In this document: positions 36,959-50,797 of the stretch, piece by piece
How the letters are laid out: the number at the start of each line of letters is the position of its first letter
How positions within the stretch are numbered: position 1 is the stretch's first letter
Assembly (NCBI RefSeq): GCF_025526975.1
Contig: NW_026515678.1
Coordinates: forward strand, 62,001-126,000
Source: Fimicolochytrium jonesii
Taxonomy: Eukaryota
Direction of reading: 5' to 3'
Length of the DNA: 64,000 nt
Made by a program: the position numbers and the translations under genes
The notes under the pieces: model-generated
Told to the model about the DNA's origin: nothing
The model's input: only the letters and a program-made list of their open reading frames with translations
The model's database searches: none

Positions 36959-39469
36959 ATGCCAAAGCCACGGCATACAGGCGCCCACGTCTGCCCGCTA
37001 TGTCTTTTCCTATGTCCTACAAAGACTTCGCTTACGAAACACTTGGACGATGTTTGTTTCTGTCCCTTGCCCAAGCGGACGTGCTCGCAGTGCAGGCGCG
37101 TGCATAAGGCGGCGGCTGACCTTATTACATGTCTGCATGAGGAGAACCCTGGTGAGTACCGCGAGCGGAGCGACCGAGCGAAGCGACGGTTCTGTTCGGT
37201 CTGGGAGTCCGTGCGATTGCCAGGGAGGCCGGAGCGAACGCGGGCTGCGACGAGCGAGGCGAGGCGCTGGGATGCTTCGGGCAGGCGAGCCGTGAGGTGA
37301 GCCCTTGGTTCGCGAGCGGAGGGAGCGACATTGCGCCAAAGGCGCAATATCCGCTTATCGCAGGTCTTAATGTGAGCGACAGCAACCGGTCGCTCTTTTA
37401 CATGATTGATGGATGGTGAATGATGGATGATGATTCGGTGTTGTTGATGATGGTTGAAAATTGACGGATTTGAGCTTTTATTAGACACGGAAACGATACC
37501 ATGTTGCGTAAAGAACTGCAAGATAGAGGCAAGCTCAGTCACAGAGTTTGCGCATCACTACCGTCAGAAGCACGGCCGGGACGCCCCATTATACGAGAAT
37601 AGTGCAATATCCTCCACGACGTCGTCAGGCGTATTCCCACCACCACGGATAGGAGCCGCCGCCGCGAAGCTTGCGCGTGCAACTTCCCAAGAGTCCGCCC
37701 CAGTCCCGCCGGGCACACCTAGCCAACCTAATAGGAATGATTTCAGGGCATATGGGTCGCCGATGCGGGTTGTTGAGGAGCATACTCCACCTGCGATCGC
37801 TCCATTTACGTTTCCGCAGCACAGAAGGCTTGTGCTGGACGGGAAACTGATCGATGTCGTCTTGAGATTGGAGGAGTAAGGGTCACCAGTGCTGCGAGTG
37901 TTGGCTGAATTGTTTGCGCAACTGACTGCTTACTCCTTCGTTGTAGCGATCGCCCCGCTGTCCGAGGACTGGCAGAACGATTGGCAGTAGATCCTCGTAA
38001 GAGTGCCTGTGTCAGGGTAAGTAGCAGCACTGGTGTGATGTCCAATCCCAAGAGAGGTTTGAAACAATCCTGACACAATTCGGCCGCCCCAAGTTTGCCA
38101 TCGAACACATCTTGCAGCGTACCGAAGACAGAGGCATCTTTCTCCGCGATGAAGACGGCTACAGATTGGAGTACGGTAAGCCTCGGCCTGAACGGCACTT
38201 GAGCATTGCCTGTTCCTTACTTTGTGGCTCATCTCATATTTGACAGAACGGGTAGAATGGGAGGACCGCGATAAATGGGTGTACATGGCAAATGGCGAAA
38301 AAATGAAGTGCGGGCTTCGGTACATCTTCACGCTCTGTACGCCGCCACCGCTCACCGTCAGTGATGTGGAAGCTTTGAGTCAGATTGGAGCCCATGCGCC
38401 ATCGGAACGGTGAGTTTCAAAACCACACGAGTAAAACAGGCGGGTCCGGCATTGGAGTCTGATCGAGTGTATTTTCGATAGGAATACCCCCAATGGGAAG
38501 ACGCCCGCAACCGCGAACGGCTCACCAAGCGCTCGAGGAGGATTCCTCACCGAACCCCGTCAACTCGCCTCCTACAAAGTCCTTGACACACCACTACCCA
38601 CCGAAGAAGAGCGGGAAACAACACCTGCCCGTCATCCACCTCAACCCTCAAATGCGCCAGCACCAGGTCCATCCTCAGCCCCACCACCCCGCCATCAATA
38701 TCAACATCAACCCCCGGATCCACAACCCGGCCCATCCTCCGCCCCACCACGCCCCATACGGCGGCGGTGGTCACCCCAAAAAGGCCCCACACCGTCCCGC
38801 ATCCGTACAGGAACAACTCCAGCTTTCGACGACGACCAACAAGATCCCCACATCTACGCCAACCATCTCCCAAACCCAAACCTGGACCCGAACCCAAATA
38901 CCAACATCAACTCCCACCAACCAACACCCGTAACAGCCCCATACCGCCGCCTCTTTCCCACAACCAACACAGCAGCAACAACAACCCCCCGCCCCTCCTC
39001 CGCTCCCACCCCCAAAACACGCCACCCGCTCCTCTCCCCAACGTCCCTCACGTCCCCCCGCTCCGCCCTCAAACGCAAACGCGGCTCCTACGACATCACC
39101 CTCCCCATGCGCACCACCACCGACCCGGTCTCACTCTTCTCCCCCGCGGGGACAAGAAGAAGGTCGGCGGTGATACCGAGGGAGTTGAGCGAAGACGATC
39201 GGCAAACGATTTTGGAAGCGTTTAGAGAGATTCCCGGGGCTGGGGAAGGTGGGGCGGGCGCGAGTCCGACGAAGATTACGATTCATAGGACTATTGTTAT
39301 GCGGCAGAGTTTGGTTAGGTACGTGCGGAGGGGGAAGGGGGGAGGGGGGATGTGTTGTGGGGTTTGGGGAGTGGGCTGATGGACACGTTGACTTGTTCGC
39401 AGCTCGCTTATGACGCCCATTAAACGCTTCTTTGGCGCCGATCGGGATCGGAGCGCCGATGACGAGTGA
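36959..39469 (+). CDS. Hypothetical Zn-finger protein with Pro-rich C-terminus (multi-exon)
   Basis: CPLC..KHLDDVC, CSQC and CVKNC...HHYRQKH motifs. In-frame GT-AG splicing can be built (first intron from 37152). The model is tentative. Confidence 0.5.
37160..37348 (+). repeat. Intronic hairpin module, copy 2
   Basis: GCGGAGC at 37165, GCGAAGC at 37178 and ATTGCGCC-AAA-GGCGCAAT at 37330-37348. Begins just after the GTGAGT donor at 37152. Confidence 0.75.
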
Positions 39470-42400
39470 AGAAGCGGGGAAATCTGTAGGCAAAAAATCA
39501 TAGAAAGTCACCAAACCGCCGGACATCCCACTGGCACATCCCACTGGCCGATATCACTCACCCGAATCCCACAGTCTCCAACTTCCGCAATTGCAAAAGT
39601 GTCTCTTGACGCTTTCTCATTCCCCTGCCGTCAACGTACCTCATAAAAGGCATGCTGTATTCCCATTTCTTTGAATTTTTATATCCTGAAGCGCATTTCA
39701 TCGCATTGCAAATCTTGTGGTCCTCGCATTGGGATGTGTCATAGGCATGAGAATGAGGCCCTCTTCCGCTTACTTTGTATGGCGGGTGGGGATGGATGTG
39801 CGCAGGAATAAGCAGGTGCATGTGCCCGCATGATCATTGCCGGCCCGCCGTTGAATCGTCGTGCACAATGTCCACCCTCAACCGCCGTCCCCACCCAAAC
39901 CTCCCACCCAAATACCACACCCGCTCCATGCCTCCACTCTCTCCTCCCGGCGCAGCCCCATCAAACACCGCGTAAGGCCGTATTCACATGCCCTCAACAC
40001 CAGAGCCAGCGTTCTCCTCCCCAAGGCGGTGGCTAGAGCCGCACCGGATGAACGTGGGTGGGACCGGATTGTATGCGGGTTCTCTTCGATGGGCCCACCG
40101 CGCATCGCTCTGATATTTATGGCTGCTGAGCTCCGTGACTGATGTGTCCAATTGTCACTTACTGAGTGATTTCAGTGATTGCGGGCAATCTTCCTGAAAG
40201 ACTTGGAAATCCGTATGTAAGGGAAAACGACCCTCCTCTGCATGTTTTGACGGCACCACTGTCAAGCTGGTGAGTCCTCGGCGAGTTTGACATTATGACG
40301 CGACGTGATTTGTGCACCGGTTTGATTGAGGGCCCCTGATTGACAGGCTCCATCCACATTTATGAACCAGCGGCGCCGCCGTAGGCCACCCAGTGGCAAC
40401 CCATTGCTCAATCATCATCTCCATCTTCATCCTTGATTTACCTGATCAATGCTCGCCGTTTATTTAGCATTGATTAGTGATTGATCGCTTCGGGTCCCCT
40501 CAATCATTGCTCATGTAGGCTACCCACACCACCGACACTCAAGCTAAACACGTTGACTCGCAGCCTGGGCCGCCAGCGATGGGGTGTGTGCTGGTCTACG
40601 TAACCTGTGGCAAAGACATCGGCGATATGATACCGGGCCCATCATAAACATATGGATCAGGAATGAATCAGGGACGGGTTCTGCAAGGGTCCGTTTACAA
40701 ATGGCGCTGAAACCCACAGTATCTGTAGCCCCGACATGCCGAAGAGGAGCCGCTGGCTGGCCGGCGTTGACGCCATTTTCATCACGAGCAGTCGAGGCTG
40801 AGCAAGGGTCTCAACTTTTTGAGGCCTTTCATCTGCTTCTGATCGCCTGTGCTGACTCGCCAAACGGATGTAATCTCACACAGCTCCCAGGAAAAACCAC
40901 CAGATGGCGATATAGTACGGTAAGCACCCTTTCTGTTGAACGGCTGTTTGAGACACTGGATGGGAACTGCGTTTTACATACGGATGAAAGCGAGAGCGCC
41001 AGCCAACGTCAGTCGCGGCCAACTCAGCGCGTTTCGGCTTCAATCCAAGCCACAGACATGGATGCTGGAAAAGGGCCGCCCAGAAATCCGGCAAGAACAG
41101 TACTGTACGTATCCACACGCTGAGCGGTATATCAGCAATTCATCTGTTGTAGTGGCGGCTTTCTTCATCTCATTCAAGTTGGCGTCACTTCCTCCGCACG
41201 AGGGGTGAAGCCACTCGGATCTACACCGTGGGTTTTACCGCCCATTTCGCCAATATTCAGACGCCGAGGATCTCAATCATGAACAAGTAATAATGATCAC
41301 CGCGAATGACATTGCTCTGCCGCTGTACCGTACAATACATGTTTCAGCAACGTTCCAACGCCATACCCCACATATCCAACGTACAACCTGCACACCTCGG
41401 CGCCCGCCGGCGCTAGATCGAACCGCTCGGGCACCCCCACAAAATGCCATTGGTGTTTTGCCTATGGCTCGCGGACTGACGTTCGAGAATCGATGCAGCT
41501 GGCGTGGATTGATGAAGGTAAGTGACGGAAAATAGGCATCCGTTCATGGCCAGTCCAAGGTCTCACCCAACCAACCGCCCCACGCCAAGCGGCCCAAACA
41601 AGGCGAAGCAATCACGACATGAATCACCGGCCGCCTAGTGCCCAGTTTCGGCCCAACGCGTCGCGAACCGTTTTGGAGATGAGAAATCCAGGCGCTGGAA
41701 GTGAAGAGATCCTTTGCCTACTGTACCCTTCCATTCCTTCTCCTTGGCCGACTAAGTGGCTGCACTCCGATCGCGGCATATGCCATCACTTCCAAGTTCC
41801 AAGGCAGCCCAGCCCCTTCATCTCCCCCTCCCCTCTTCATATGGCATTTACGAAGGGGCGTGCTGCGCAGGGCAAAGACTGATGGTGATGACTCAGCGCG
41901 ATTGGAGTCTCCGACAAGTCCGCCACGTCAACGGTCAATGGAGAGGAGTGACTATGCAAATGCCCTTCCCTCTCCACAGCTCCTACGGCTGATCCCCTTT
42001 GAGCCTCCGCCTTCCATATCGATTCACCTCCTCTTTTTAGGGGAGAGACATGCTATCTGATGACTAGCCCGTTCTCGCCCTTCTTTTCAACCCCGACGGT
42101 CTGTCTACTCGCAGCAGCATCTTTGTCCTGTCCAATTCTGCCCAACTTTGAGCGACGTCGATCCCCTTTTACTTCTCACCCCCCGGCCGCCCCCTCCGTC
42201 CGTGCCTTCTCTTTTTCTGCAGATCCTGGCATCCTTACTCGTGGGAAGCGTGGCTGGGTTCTTCCCCACCTCTGGAGGAATTGCTTTTCATACCTCGTGT
42301 CTCGCCGGACAAGGCTGCATTGATACATCTCGCCCCAAAAGCTTCGACCTAACGTGTCCGTCAAGCATTCCAATCTTCGAATTCTTCAAGTCTCGTTGGC

Positions 42401-43033
42401 CATTGTGAGTAGCCGCTGCCGTCGGCGACAGTTCAGTGGGCTTCTACTTCTTCAGCAGCAACATCACGTTGGGGGCGCTAACAATCAGCGGTGCGACAAC
42501 TACCGAAAGCTTCTCTATAATAAAGAAAGGGCGTAGTCGGAGGTGCAGAACCAACGAAGATCCTTCGCTCTGGATATCGTAGATCTCGGCGGGTCAGCGT
42601 TCTGAGTTACAACATCTTACAGCGAGGAATATTGGGAAACTGCGCAGAGGCCGGAAAAGACTTCACCCATACCGTCACGGCGCAGCGGCACAACCATATC
42701 CTGGTCTCCACAAAAAAAGGTCGGAAGCACATATTGCTTCTCTCGCGGCAGCAGCAAGGTTTCTGCGCGAAAGCGTCTCCACAAAGAAAGTCATTCCATT
42801 CAGTCTTCTCCGTCCCCCACTACCCTGATTTCCGAACGCCGTTTGCTCGACCCACATCGTTGATTACACGCGCGAAACTGAGCAATAGCGCTTACCCACC
42901 CCAAACTCCCCACAGTGGGTCTCCATCTTTGGGTTTTGCTTCGCTGGCTCTTTCAAGACACCGGAAGCATAAATCTAGCCGATCCCGACCGTGCTCGCCC
43001 TCTTTCTTTGCGTGGACTCCCTTTTCCGAAGCG

Positions 43034-44299
43034 ATGCGCTCCCGCCAACATCGCCTACCAACTCCACCCGAGATGACCTCCACGCTGCTTTCCCCTGCGT
43101 CATCGTCTGACGGGTGCCAAGGGAATGTCTCTTTCCGAGGTAGCATTGTGTCCATCTCGTCGTCGTCATCATCGGTCTCCTCGGCGTCAAGCTCGTCTTC
43201 ATCCTCCGGTTTCTCGTGTGATCTGAAAGGATACCGAACGCGGCGAAGTAGCCTTGCCGAATGTGATACGGAACGGTCGTCGACGATGCCTGTAAAGACG
43301 CAAGAGTACACGACAGTCGGGCGTCAACTCTTCCCGCAGCCTACTCCGCCGTCATCGCCAGCGCTGATAGTACCAAGGCGGAAAAGCCCTCGGAGAAGTC
43401 CTTGGCCCATCGCGTTTCCGGAAACGGCAGCAAGCAAATCTCGAGTTCGGGACCGAGCAGCGACGACAACGACGGCGACGAGGCTCGACAAGTCGCTGGC
43501 ACGTGGCCCTGCTTCAGCATCGTCTTCGGTCTCGCTGCCAACATCGGACAACGCATTGTTCTTCTCCAATCCATCTCGCTTCCCATCAACCACATCTCCA
43601 CCATCCTCGCGGCTGAACGACCGCCGGCATGTAATCTTATCCCATGCTATCGCACGGAACTTCCTCCACGCCTTCATCACCCTCTTTGTGCACTTCACCT
43701 GGCACAACCGCACCACTCAAAACCCACCGTCTACCGCCTTCACCTGTTACGTCAAGCACGTCATCACCACCACCGCGCTCCCCGTCCCGGTGCTCATCAC
43801 ATCGCTCATCCTGGTATCGCGCCTCAAACAGCGTCGGCCAGATTTGCGCGGTGAAGCGGGCTCCGAATGCCGAATCTTCATCGCCGCGCTAGCCATCGCG
43901 ATGAAGCTGCTCATGGACAACACATTCTCGGCGCGGACGTGGGAGAAGGTCGCGAGTATACCCGTAGCGGACCTGAACGTGATGGAGATGGAGTTTTTGG
44001 GACAGATCGATTTCGAGACGCATGTGGGCGAGGCGGAGTACTTTACGTGGTTGGGATGGGTTACGGATGCGGTTGTCAAGATGCACGCCGACACGGTGGA
44101 TGTCGCGCCGCCGCCGCCTCCAACATCGTCGCAACCAGCGCCCGTAGCCGTCAAGTCTGAGTTGCGATTCCCGATGCCAACCCGACCACCGCTTCCACCA
44201 CTACCTGCCGTGCATCCCGCGTCAGGTATGCCTCTACATCATCTGCCGCCTTTGCCACCTTTCGCAAAGCTCAACGGACCTCCGCGTTGCGTCTTCTGA
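43034..44299 (+). CDS. Pho80/Pcl/Clg1-like cyclin, intronless
   Basis: Cyclin box FTCYVKHVITTT...LITSLILVSRLK...RIFIAALAIAMKLLMDNTFSARTWEKVA...LNVMEMEFL. Ser/Pro-rich N-terminus. Confidence 0.85.
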   Translation: MRSRQHRLPTPPEMTSTLLSPASSSDGCQGNVSFRGSIVSISSSSSSVSSASSSSSSSGFSCDLKGYRTRRSSLAECDTERSSTMPVKTQEYTTVGRQLFPQPTPPSSPALIVPRRKSPRRSPWPIAFPETAASKSRVRDRAATTTTATRLDKSLARGPASASSSVSLPTSDNALFFSNPSRFPSTTSPPSSRLNDRRHVILSHAIARNFLHAFITLFVHFTWHNRTTQNPPSTAFTCYVKHVITTTALPVPVLITSLILVSRLKQRRPDLRGEAGSECRIFIAALAIAMKLLMDNTFSARTWEKVASIPVADLNVMEMEFLGQIDFETHVGEAEYFTWLGWVTDAVVKMHADTVDVAPPPPPTSSQPAPVAVKSELRFPMPTRPPLPPLPAVHPASGMPLHHLPPLPPFAKLNGPPRCVF

Positions 44300-44813
44300 A
44301 GATATCGAAATGCCCCTTGTATATGTGTACATGTTGTATATACCCCTTTTTGACCATTGTTGGAATGTTCCTCGTCAGAGACAGTGCTACTACCTGTATA
44401 TCTCTTCCTTTTTGATGTCTTGATCTCCCCCAACTTGCTATTGAGCCCTGTTGTATATGTGCCTATGTAGCTTCTATTTTGGTTGATATGCGCTTTTTTG
44501 TGAATATACCGATGCTTCCTCTATGCGGTCTGCATTATCCCTTTCTGTAAATGAGCCTGATCCGATAATCCATAAACACCTGTGCAATCGAAGTGGATCG
44601 AAGTGAAATCAGTATGAAGTAAGGGATGCCCGGTCCGTTCGGACTTCTCGAAATGCGAAGGGTTCGGCGTCGCGTGTCCGAAACCTTCGTCCGTCCCGCC
44701 GCTCCATTTGCAGCCGGAGGGGGAGGAGAGAAGAGTTCCCAAACTGCCCAGGGCCCATCGGCAGGGTCCACCGCATCACGACCACCAAAGAGCTCGACAA
44801 AGTCCCTAAACAT

Positions 44814-47800
44814 ATGGACACTCAGCGCTGTACGGTTGCGTCGGCCCTCGACTTGCGGTCGATCTTCTGGGGCAACCTCCTTCTCCTCGGCTTCAAACCA
44901 GACAACGCGTCCATCAACAAAAATGTGTTCAACAGCCACTCGCCTGCTGGGGGAAAGGCCATGGAGGCCGTCGTCAGGTTTCTGTTTGGGGTTCTGGACG
45001 AGAAGGAAGCCGATTCGGTGCGTGCTTTCTTCAGATTGTTTATTTCGCGGGTGCAGGTTGGCGCGATGAGTGGGCCTCCTCACGCTAGGGGTGTCGAGGG
45101 GAAGGACACCGGTCCGCTGTACCACATAATCCATGTCCTGAAAATTGAACCATAACAGCGTTTCGCCAAATGTTGGCCGATAACAGACCGAAATCAGGCC
45201 CGCGACTTTCGGAATATCGTTATCAAGTGGCTGGAAGCCATGAAGAAGGAGGGTCAGTTGCCGCCTGATGTAACGATTCGGAAATCGCATTTCGATGAAT
45301 GCCGGGGTGAACGGTGAGAAGCGCTTCTGACCCCTGAAGAATTTGAGGATAAGGGGGGTTGCGGAAATTGATGATTGTTGGAAAATCCTTTTGGCAGATT
45401 TGAGCGGACGCTTTGGGCGCTTTCCAGTCTGGCATTGAGGGTGGCACTGAGTCGGGAAGTCGGTGGTAAGGCAGTGAAAATCTGTAGTGAAGTTCCGGCT
45501 CAACGGTATATCAATTAATTCTTGCATGCTCTGTAGCGGACGGCATGGAGAAGATAGGGGAATGCATGCTGAAGAACAACGAGGAACTGAAGGTGCATAT
45601 TGGAAGACATCGACATGAAAGATAAAACCGGATGCTGATATCAATACTTTACGTCAGACACAGTCAATCAGCAATCACCAGACATTCCTGAGAGAGTGTA
45701 CGGCGCGGGGAGACCAGCAGAAGAGGTGGGAATCGTATGGCACAAAACTTACAAGTGAATATGAGGAAGTGAAACAGCGAAAGGTGCCAACAAGACCTCG
45801 ATACTGTTTTGGGGCTGACTTACTGATATCACATTTCGAACAGAAAGGAGTAAGCCTAAAACGAGCCCGATTGGATAACTCCTTTATCAAGCTTTTTGGA
45901 GATGCAGTCCCAATCAACGAGGCGCTGAAGCATCGCGACGAGTGCCTCTCCAACATCCGCCAGCATAGAAAACGAATGGCGAAGTGGATGCATGACAATC
46001 AGGAAAATGTGGAGACCATCGGAGCGTATGTCAATGGGCGGATGAAAACGCATACGTTGATGGGCAACGTCCCGCGGAGTGGCCCCGGACATTTGACAGG
46101 GCCACCTAAAGGCGTGGTCGATCTGACCGAGGTTGCGAAGAGGTGGGGCGAGGCACATGCGGAATTGGCGGCCGCTCTCCGCTCGTATTTTGACGAAAGG
46201 AAGGGCGTGGATGCGATAGATCACAACTCGATGGAGGGGTTGTCCGACGCGTTCATCCTGCTGAACGATGCAGAGGAGTTGAAACGGCAACTGGAGCACG
46301 AGTTTAGAGATGTCACTGCGAAAGTCGAGAAGGAGAGTGCCAACTACCGGGTGCAGTACGCCAAACGGCATAGCCTGCCGTCGACGAAACCATCATCACC
46401 TACCTCGAAATCGTTCACTCAAACCTACGACGGGACAACATCACCATTTCCCCTAGATCGCAAAGCACAATGGCAAAGCGTGCGCACACCGCCACCGCCA
46501 ACATTCCGGAAAACTCTGTCCTCCCTCACGACAACCCCGGAGGCAGTGCAGGCCCTCCAAAGGAGTGTCGTGACCGAGATGTCAGCAAAGCGGGCTCCGG
46601 CGGAGGAGGCAGCTGCCGCAACAACTGCGGGACAGTTGAGGGAGAGGGTTCTGGGCGTGGTGTCGTCCAATGAAGGCCGGCGAGAAGCGAGGAACAGGAC
46701 GGAGTTGGGCGCAACGGGACAAGCCCGCAGCGGGCTGCTTATTGCTGCCGGTTCATCACGCAAAACCGGTGCTACGATCACAAGGCGGGTAGTGCCTGCC
46801 CCGGTAAAGCCACCCCCCGCCCCATCAATGGTGAAGCAGGCCACGAGGGCGGAATCGGCGACGGATACTATGCAGCGGACCTCTGCTGGAAAGAATGCCC
46901 ACGTAACATTGGGAAGTAGGCCGACATTGGTCCCATCGAAATGGCAGCAGAGAGCACAGACAACGGCGGATATCAACTTTACGTCTCGTGCCCCATTTGA
47001 TGGGAGTCGCACGGCCGACGGCGAATCACTGATCCCGGAGGGCAAGAGCAAGCCTTATACTCGGAATGATACCCAGATCTCAAACACCGCACCTACTGCC
47101 TCTGCAAGACCCAAACGATTCGCGCTTATCCCTGAGGTTTTACCAGACCGCTCCACTCCACTACCTGTTCCACCGGTATCTGGTGGTTCGATACTCGCTC
47201 CACATTCGGCTCTGAAATCATCTCGACCTCTGTTGCACACCCTACCGGAGGCAGGAAACGAACCTGTTAGCAAATCCACCCTCTTGGCATACGACCGTCT
47301 CTGCGAGCAGATCGTTGACTTTGTCAACAATGACATTGTTTTCCCAGGTGCTCTCGAACCGAGCATAGGATCCGATTTTTCAAACGATCCGGTAACTGTA
47401 GTGGCTGAACCGAGGTGCATCGATGCTCGCGAGGCCTTATCAGGCGGCTCCGAAGACCCCATCTCCGCACTGGGAACAGCGGCGTTTGCGCCACGCGCCG
47501 AAATCCCTCGCACTCCTGAAAAGGATCCACCGAGAGCCATCCGACCCAAGATTGCATTTTCTCCGATACCTTCCACACCACCGCCCGTCCGCTCTAGTTT
47601 ATCATCAACACCGCAGGCTGCCACGCCGTTATCGGCAACCGCTGCCCAAGCTACAACACCGCCACAATCTACAACGCCTTCTTCACCTACTATCCCGCCT
47701 TCGACCCTCAGTTTCCTCCTCAAAGCAGCGATGTACAAGCCCAAAACGCCATCAAAGCTGTCGCAGCCGGTCATCTTCTCGCCAGACTCTTCCATCGCGT

Positions 47801-48042
47801 CTGATGATCTCGACTCACACGGCGGGGCCGAGATTGGGGTTCCGATGTGGACTACAGTGGACGGGAATGATTCCCAAGTGCATCAGCGATTGGATGCGGC
47901 GTCGGTGAAGGAGGGGGGAGACGGGAATCCTGATGAGGATGGGCTGGGAATTAGAGAGCTGGGTTCGATGGAGTTGTCCATTGAGCTGGATCTGGAGCTT
48001 GGGCCTGATGAGAGTGGATTTTTGTCTTTTGATGATGATTGA
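44814..48042 (+). CDS. HAUS6: Augmin subunit 6
   Basis: IFWGNLLLLGF, KAMEAVVRFLF, CWPITDRNQARDFR..KWLE and RKSHFDECRGERFE, followed by a long disordered tail. Confidence 0.85.
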
Positions 48043-48314
48043 ATGACGGTTGTATGAGCGACGAGGATTGCATTACCATCTGGAGTCTAGACAGACGCCG
48101 TGTAAGATGCGCATACATTCAAAGCGTAGTGTAAAGATATCCGGAATGCGGCAGATTGTTCATATAATTGTTTGGTGTGCTTATAAGCACCCTGAGAGGA
48201 AATAGGTTGCAGAGCAGAATGAGAAAGTGGCCTGCATCTAATGTTGTCAAATCTATACGCTGCTCTGCTGTAGCTACATCACGTCAGATTGTTCTCGAAC
48301 CCGAGACAGTTGAT

Positions 48315-50797
48315 CTATGGCATATCTGCATCGAATTTTCTGGCCACCGCCTCGGACAATTCGCTGTCGTTGTACCACGTTAGATGGCATACTTCAAATG
48401 TATACCTGGGCATCAATACTGCGAACGTACCTGTATTCCTTATTCAGAACATCGTACTGATGCTGCTTCTCCTTCAGAGCAGCTGCCATATCTGCCAGTT
48501 TGTGGTTCTGTTGCGCCAGCTCCAGCTTCAGCTCGGCGGATTGGACTTGAAGTGCCTGTAGCGACGACTGTACCGTAGGCATTGTCATCAATATGAAACA
48601 CGATACTGTCAAATCCCGGGACAAAATGAAGATGTCAAACCAATACCTGTGTTTTCTTCAACGCCGTCTCGACTTTATCGTTCTCCGCCTTCGGCACGGT
48701 GTTTTCCTCCATATCCTTCTTGAGCGCAACCAGCTGGTCGTCTCGTTGTGCGATTTGCGAGTTGAGGCCCTCTACTTGCTTTTCATACATCTGAACAGGG
48801 ACCCAGTCTCATCAGCACTGCCCGTTTGTTGCCCAGATGATGATGACGCAAATCAGGTGATGCCATACCGTGATGGGATCCTCGCCGGCTTTGAAGGTTT
48901 TGATGTCCGGCCCGACTTCCGCTAGGGCTATGTGGGATGTGAGATCAAAAATGCGGGAGGGCAGCAGGGAGATGGGGAGACGGACGTACTTGTGTCTTCC
49001 CTTTTCTTCTGTTCCAAGATCGAGGGAGGGAGGTATGCGGCGTACTGAGCCAGTTTTCGACGGAGTTCGTCTTTCAATCTACATTGATGATAATTGAGGC
49101 GAGCAGTGAAAGGGTATGAGCGGCTCAATGTTCGTCGTACCTTGCATTCTCGACTACATTGGGCCCAATGTATCGGAAGAGAGGTGATCAAACAATGACT
49201 TCCAGAATCTACGTTCATGGGAGTTCCATCTCGGCATCGGTTACCGGCAGCATACCTTCCAGCGCCACATATTTCGCAGCCAAGGTCTTGGTCTTTCTCC
49301 GCTCGAATTTGACCAGTAGCCTGTTCTCGTTCTGCGCGAGCAGTTTCTGGACTTTTGTGCGGAGGAAGGTGAGCTCGCGCTGGTCATTGTGGAAGCTGGC
49401 GATGGTTTTGTCGTACTCGTTCTGTGTTAGCCGGCGGGCGATGAAGAAAATAAGCCAGAGTTGACTGATAGTGGTTCTTTTTTGAGTTGGAGTTGATCGT
49501 ATTTGCTTTGTTATTACCTTGATCTCGGCAAGAATAGGCCCGTACACTCTGAACTCGATGATAATCTTCTCCCAGACTGCGCCGTACACCTGCAGTCGAC
49601 GGAAATCCGGTCCAACGGCGGGTGCATCTAGCACTTGCAACTCCTTCCATCACGAAACCAGCGAAGCAGGTCAGTTTCCTCCCCGCCATACACTCCGATC
49701 GACCCAGTGCCCCCCAGCCAGTCAGCGCACCCAATGCTTACCTTCTCCAAGTAAGCATAAAGCTCCTGCAACCGATCCACTTTCGCAAACCGCTTCGTAG
49801 TCGACGTCCAATGCACGCGCTCCAACGTCGCATCGATCTCCCGTCTCGCTTTCCATTCCTCCCGTTTCGTCAGGTTCAGCGACGCATTGGGCACGATGTA
49901 GTGCTGGTGGGTCGTCAGATTACCCTCTGCGTCGCTGGATGTGCGGGGAGCGGAAGTTGGAGAGGGTAGAGATGGGAGTGTAGGCTGGGCGGTTGTGGTG
50001 GAGGGGGTCTCAGAGTGATCGGAACGGGGTTGGTAGGGCGGAGGTTGCAGGTGGTGAGCGCCGTCGGCCCCGTTTCCTCCGAGCGGGGGGAAAACCGTAT
50101 CCCGCAACTTGACAGCGTCGTACTGTTCCAGCACATCGTGCAGGTCCGTGGTATGGTGCACAAGCGCTTGTGGCTTCTCTCCCGTAGTCTGTACCTTCGC
50201 GCCCACCTCCGCACGCCCAACATCTGCCCCCCTTTTGCCTACGGACCCTCCCGCGTGCACTCTCACACCTTCCGGTACGCTCTCCAACCCTTGCATTCCA
50301 CCATCACTACCACCAACACACTCGTCAGCCCTCCCCAACCCCTCCGGCGCCGTCCTCGCCTTCCCATGCGCCTCCTTCACCTCCTTATACATCCGATTCG
50401 TCACGGCCGGGTTCAGGTACCCATGATACAGCGTGTCCACATGCTTTTTCTGAGACGCGGAGAGCTTGTCCAGGACGGAGGCAATGAAAGAGCGTTCGGC
50501 GTGGAGGGGGACGCGGAGGTGTGCTGTTGGGGTTTTAGTTGTTGTGGTGGTTTGGGCGCGGCGAGTTGGTGAGCTGTTCCGAGGGGCGCCGGTGGTGATG
50601 CTTCGGGAGGGGGAGGCGGTACGCTGTTGGCGGGTTAGGGTGACTCGTTCGCCGGGGTAGTAGGTGAGTTGGCCGTGGGAGGAGAGGCCTGTCCAGCGCT
50701 TTTGGGGACACATTTATGCAGCGGTCAGAAAATCTCATTGTTATGCATTCTGCACGCAGTCAAAATATAGCCCCCGCACCTTTATGTCTGCGTCCAT
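48315..50797 (-). CDS. Coiled-coil protein with TSNAXIP1_N-like domain (C6orf118-like)
   Basis: LDKLSASQKKHVDTLYHGYLNP and RLQVYGAVWEKIIIEFRVYGPILAEIK/NEYD. The start (50797 or 50713) is uncertain. Confidence 0.6.

Noticed and set aside
42632..43033. Stop-free frame upstream of the cyclin ATG (non-AUG extension)
   Set aside because: No recognisable domain; compatible with a chance open frame in a 5'UTR.
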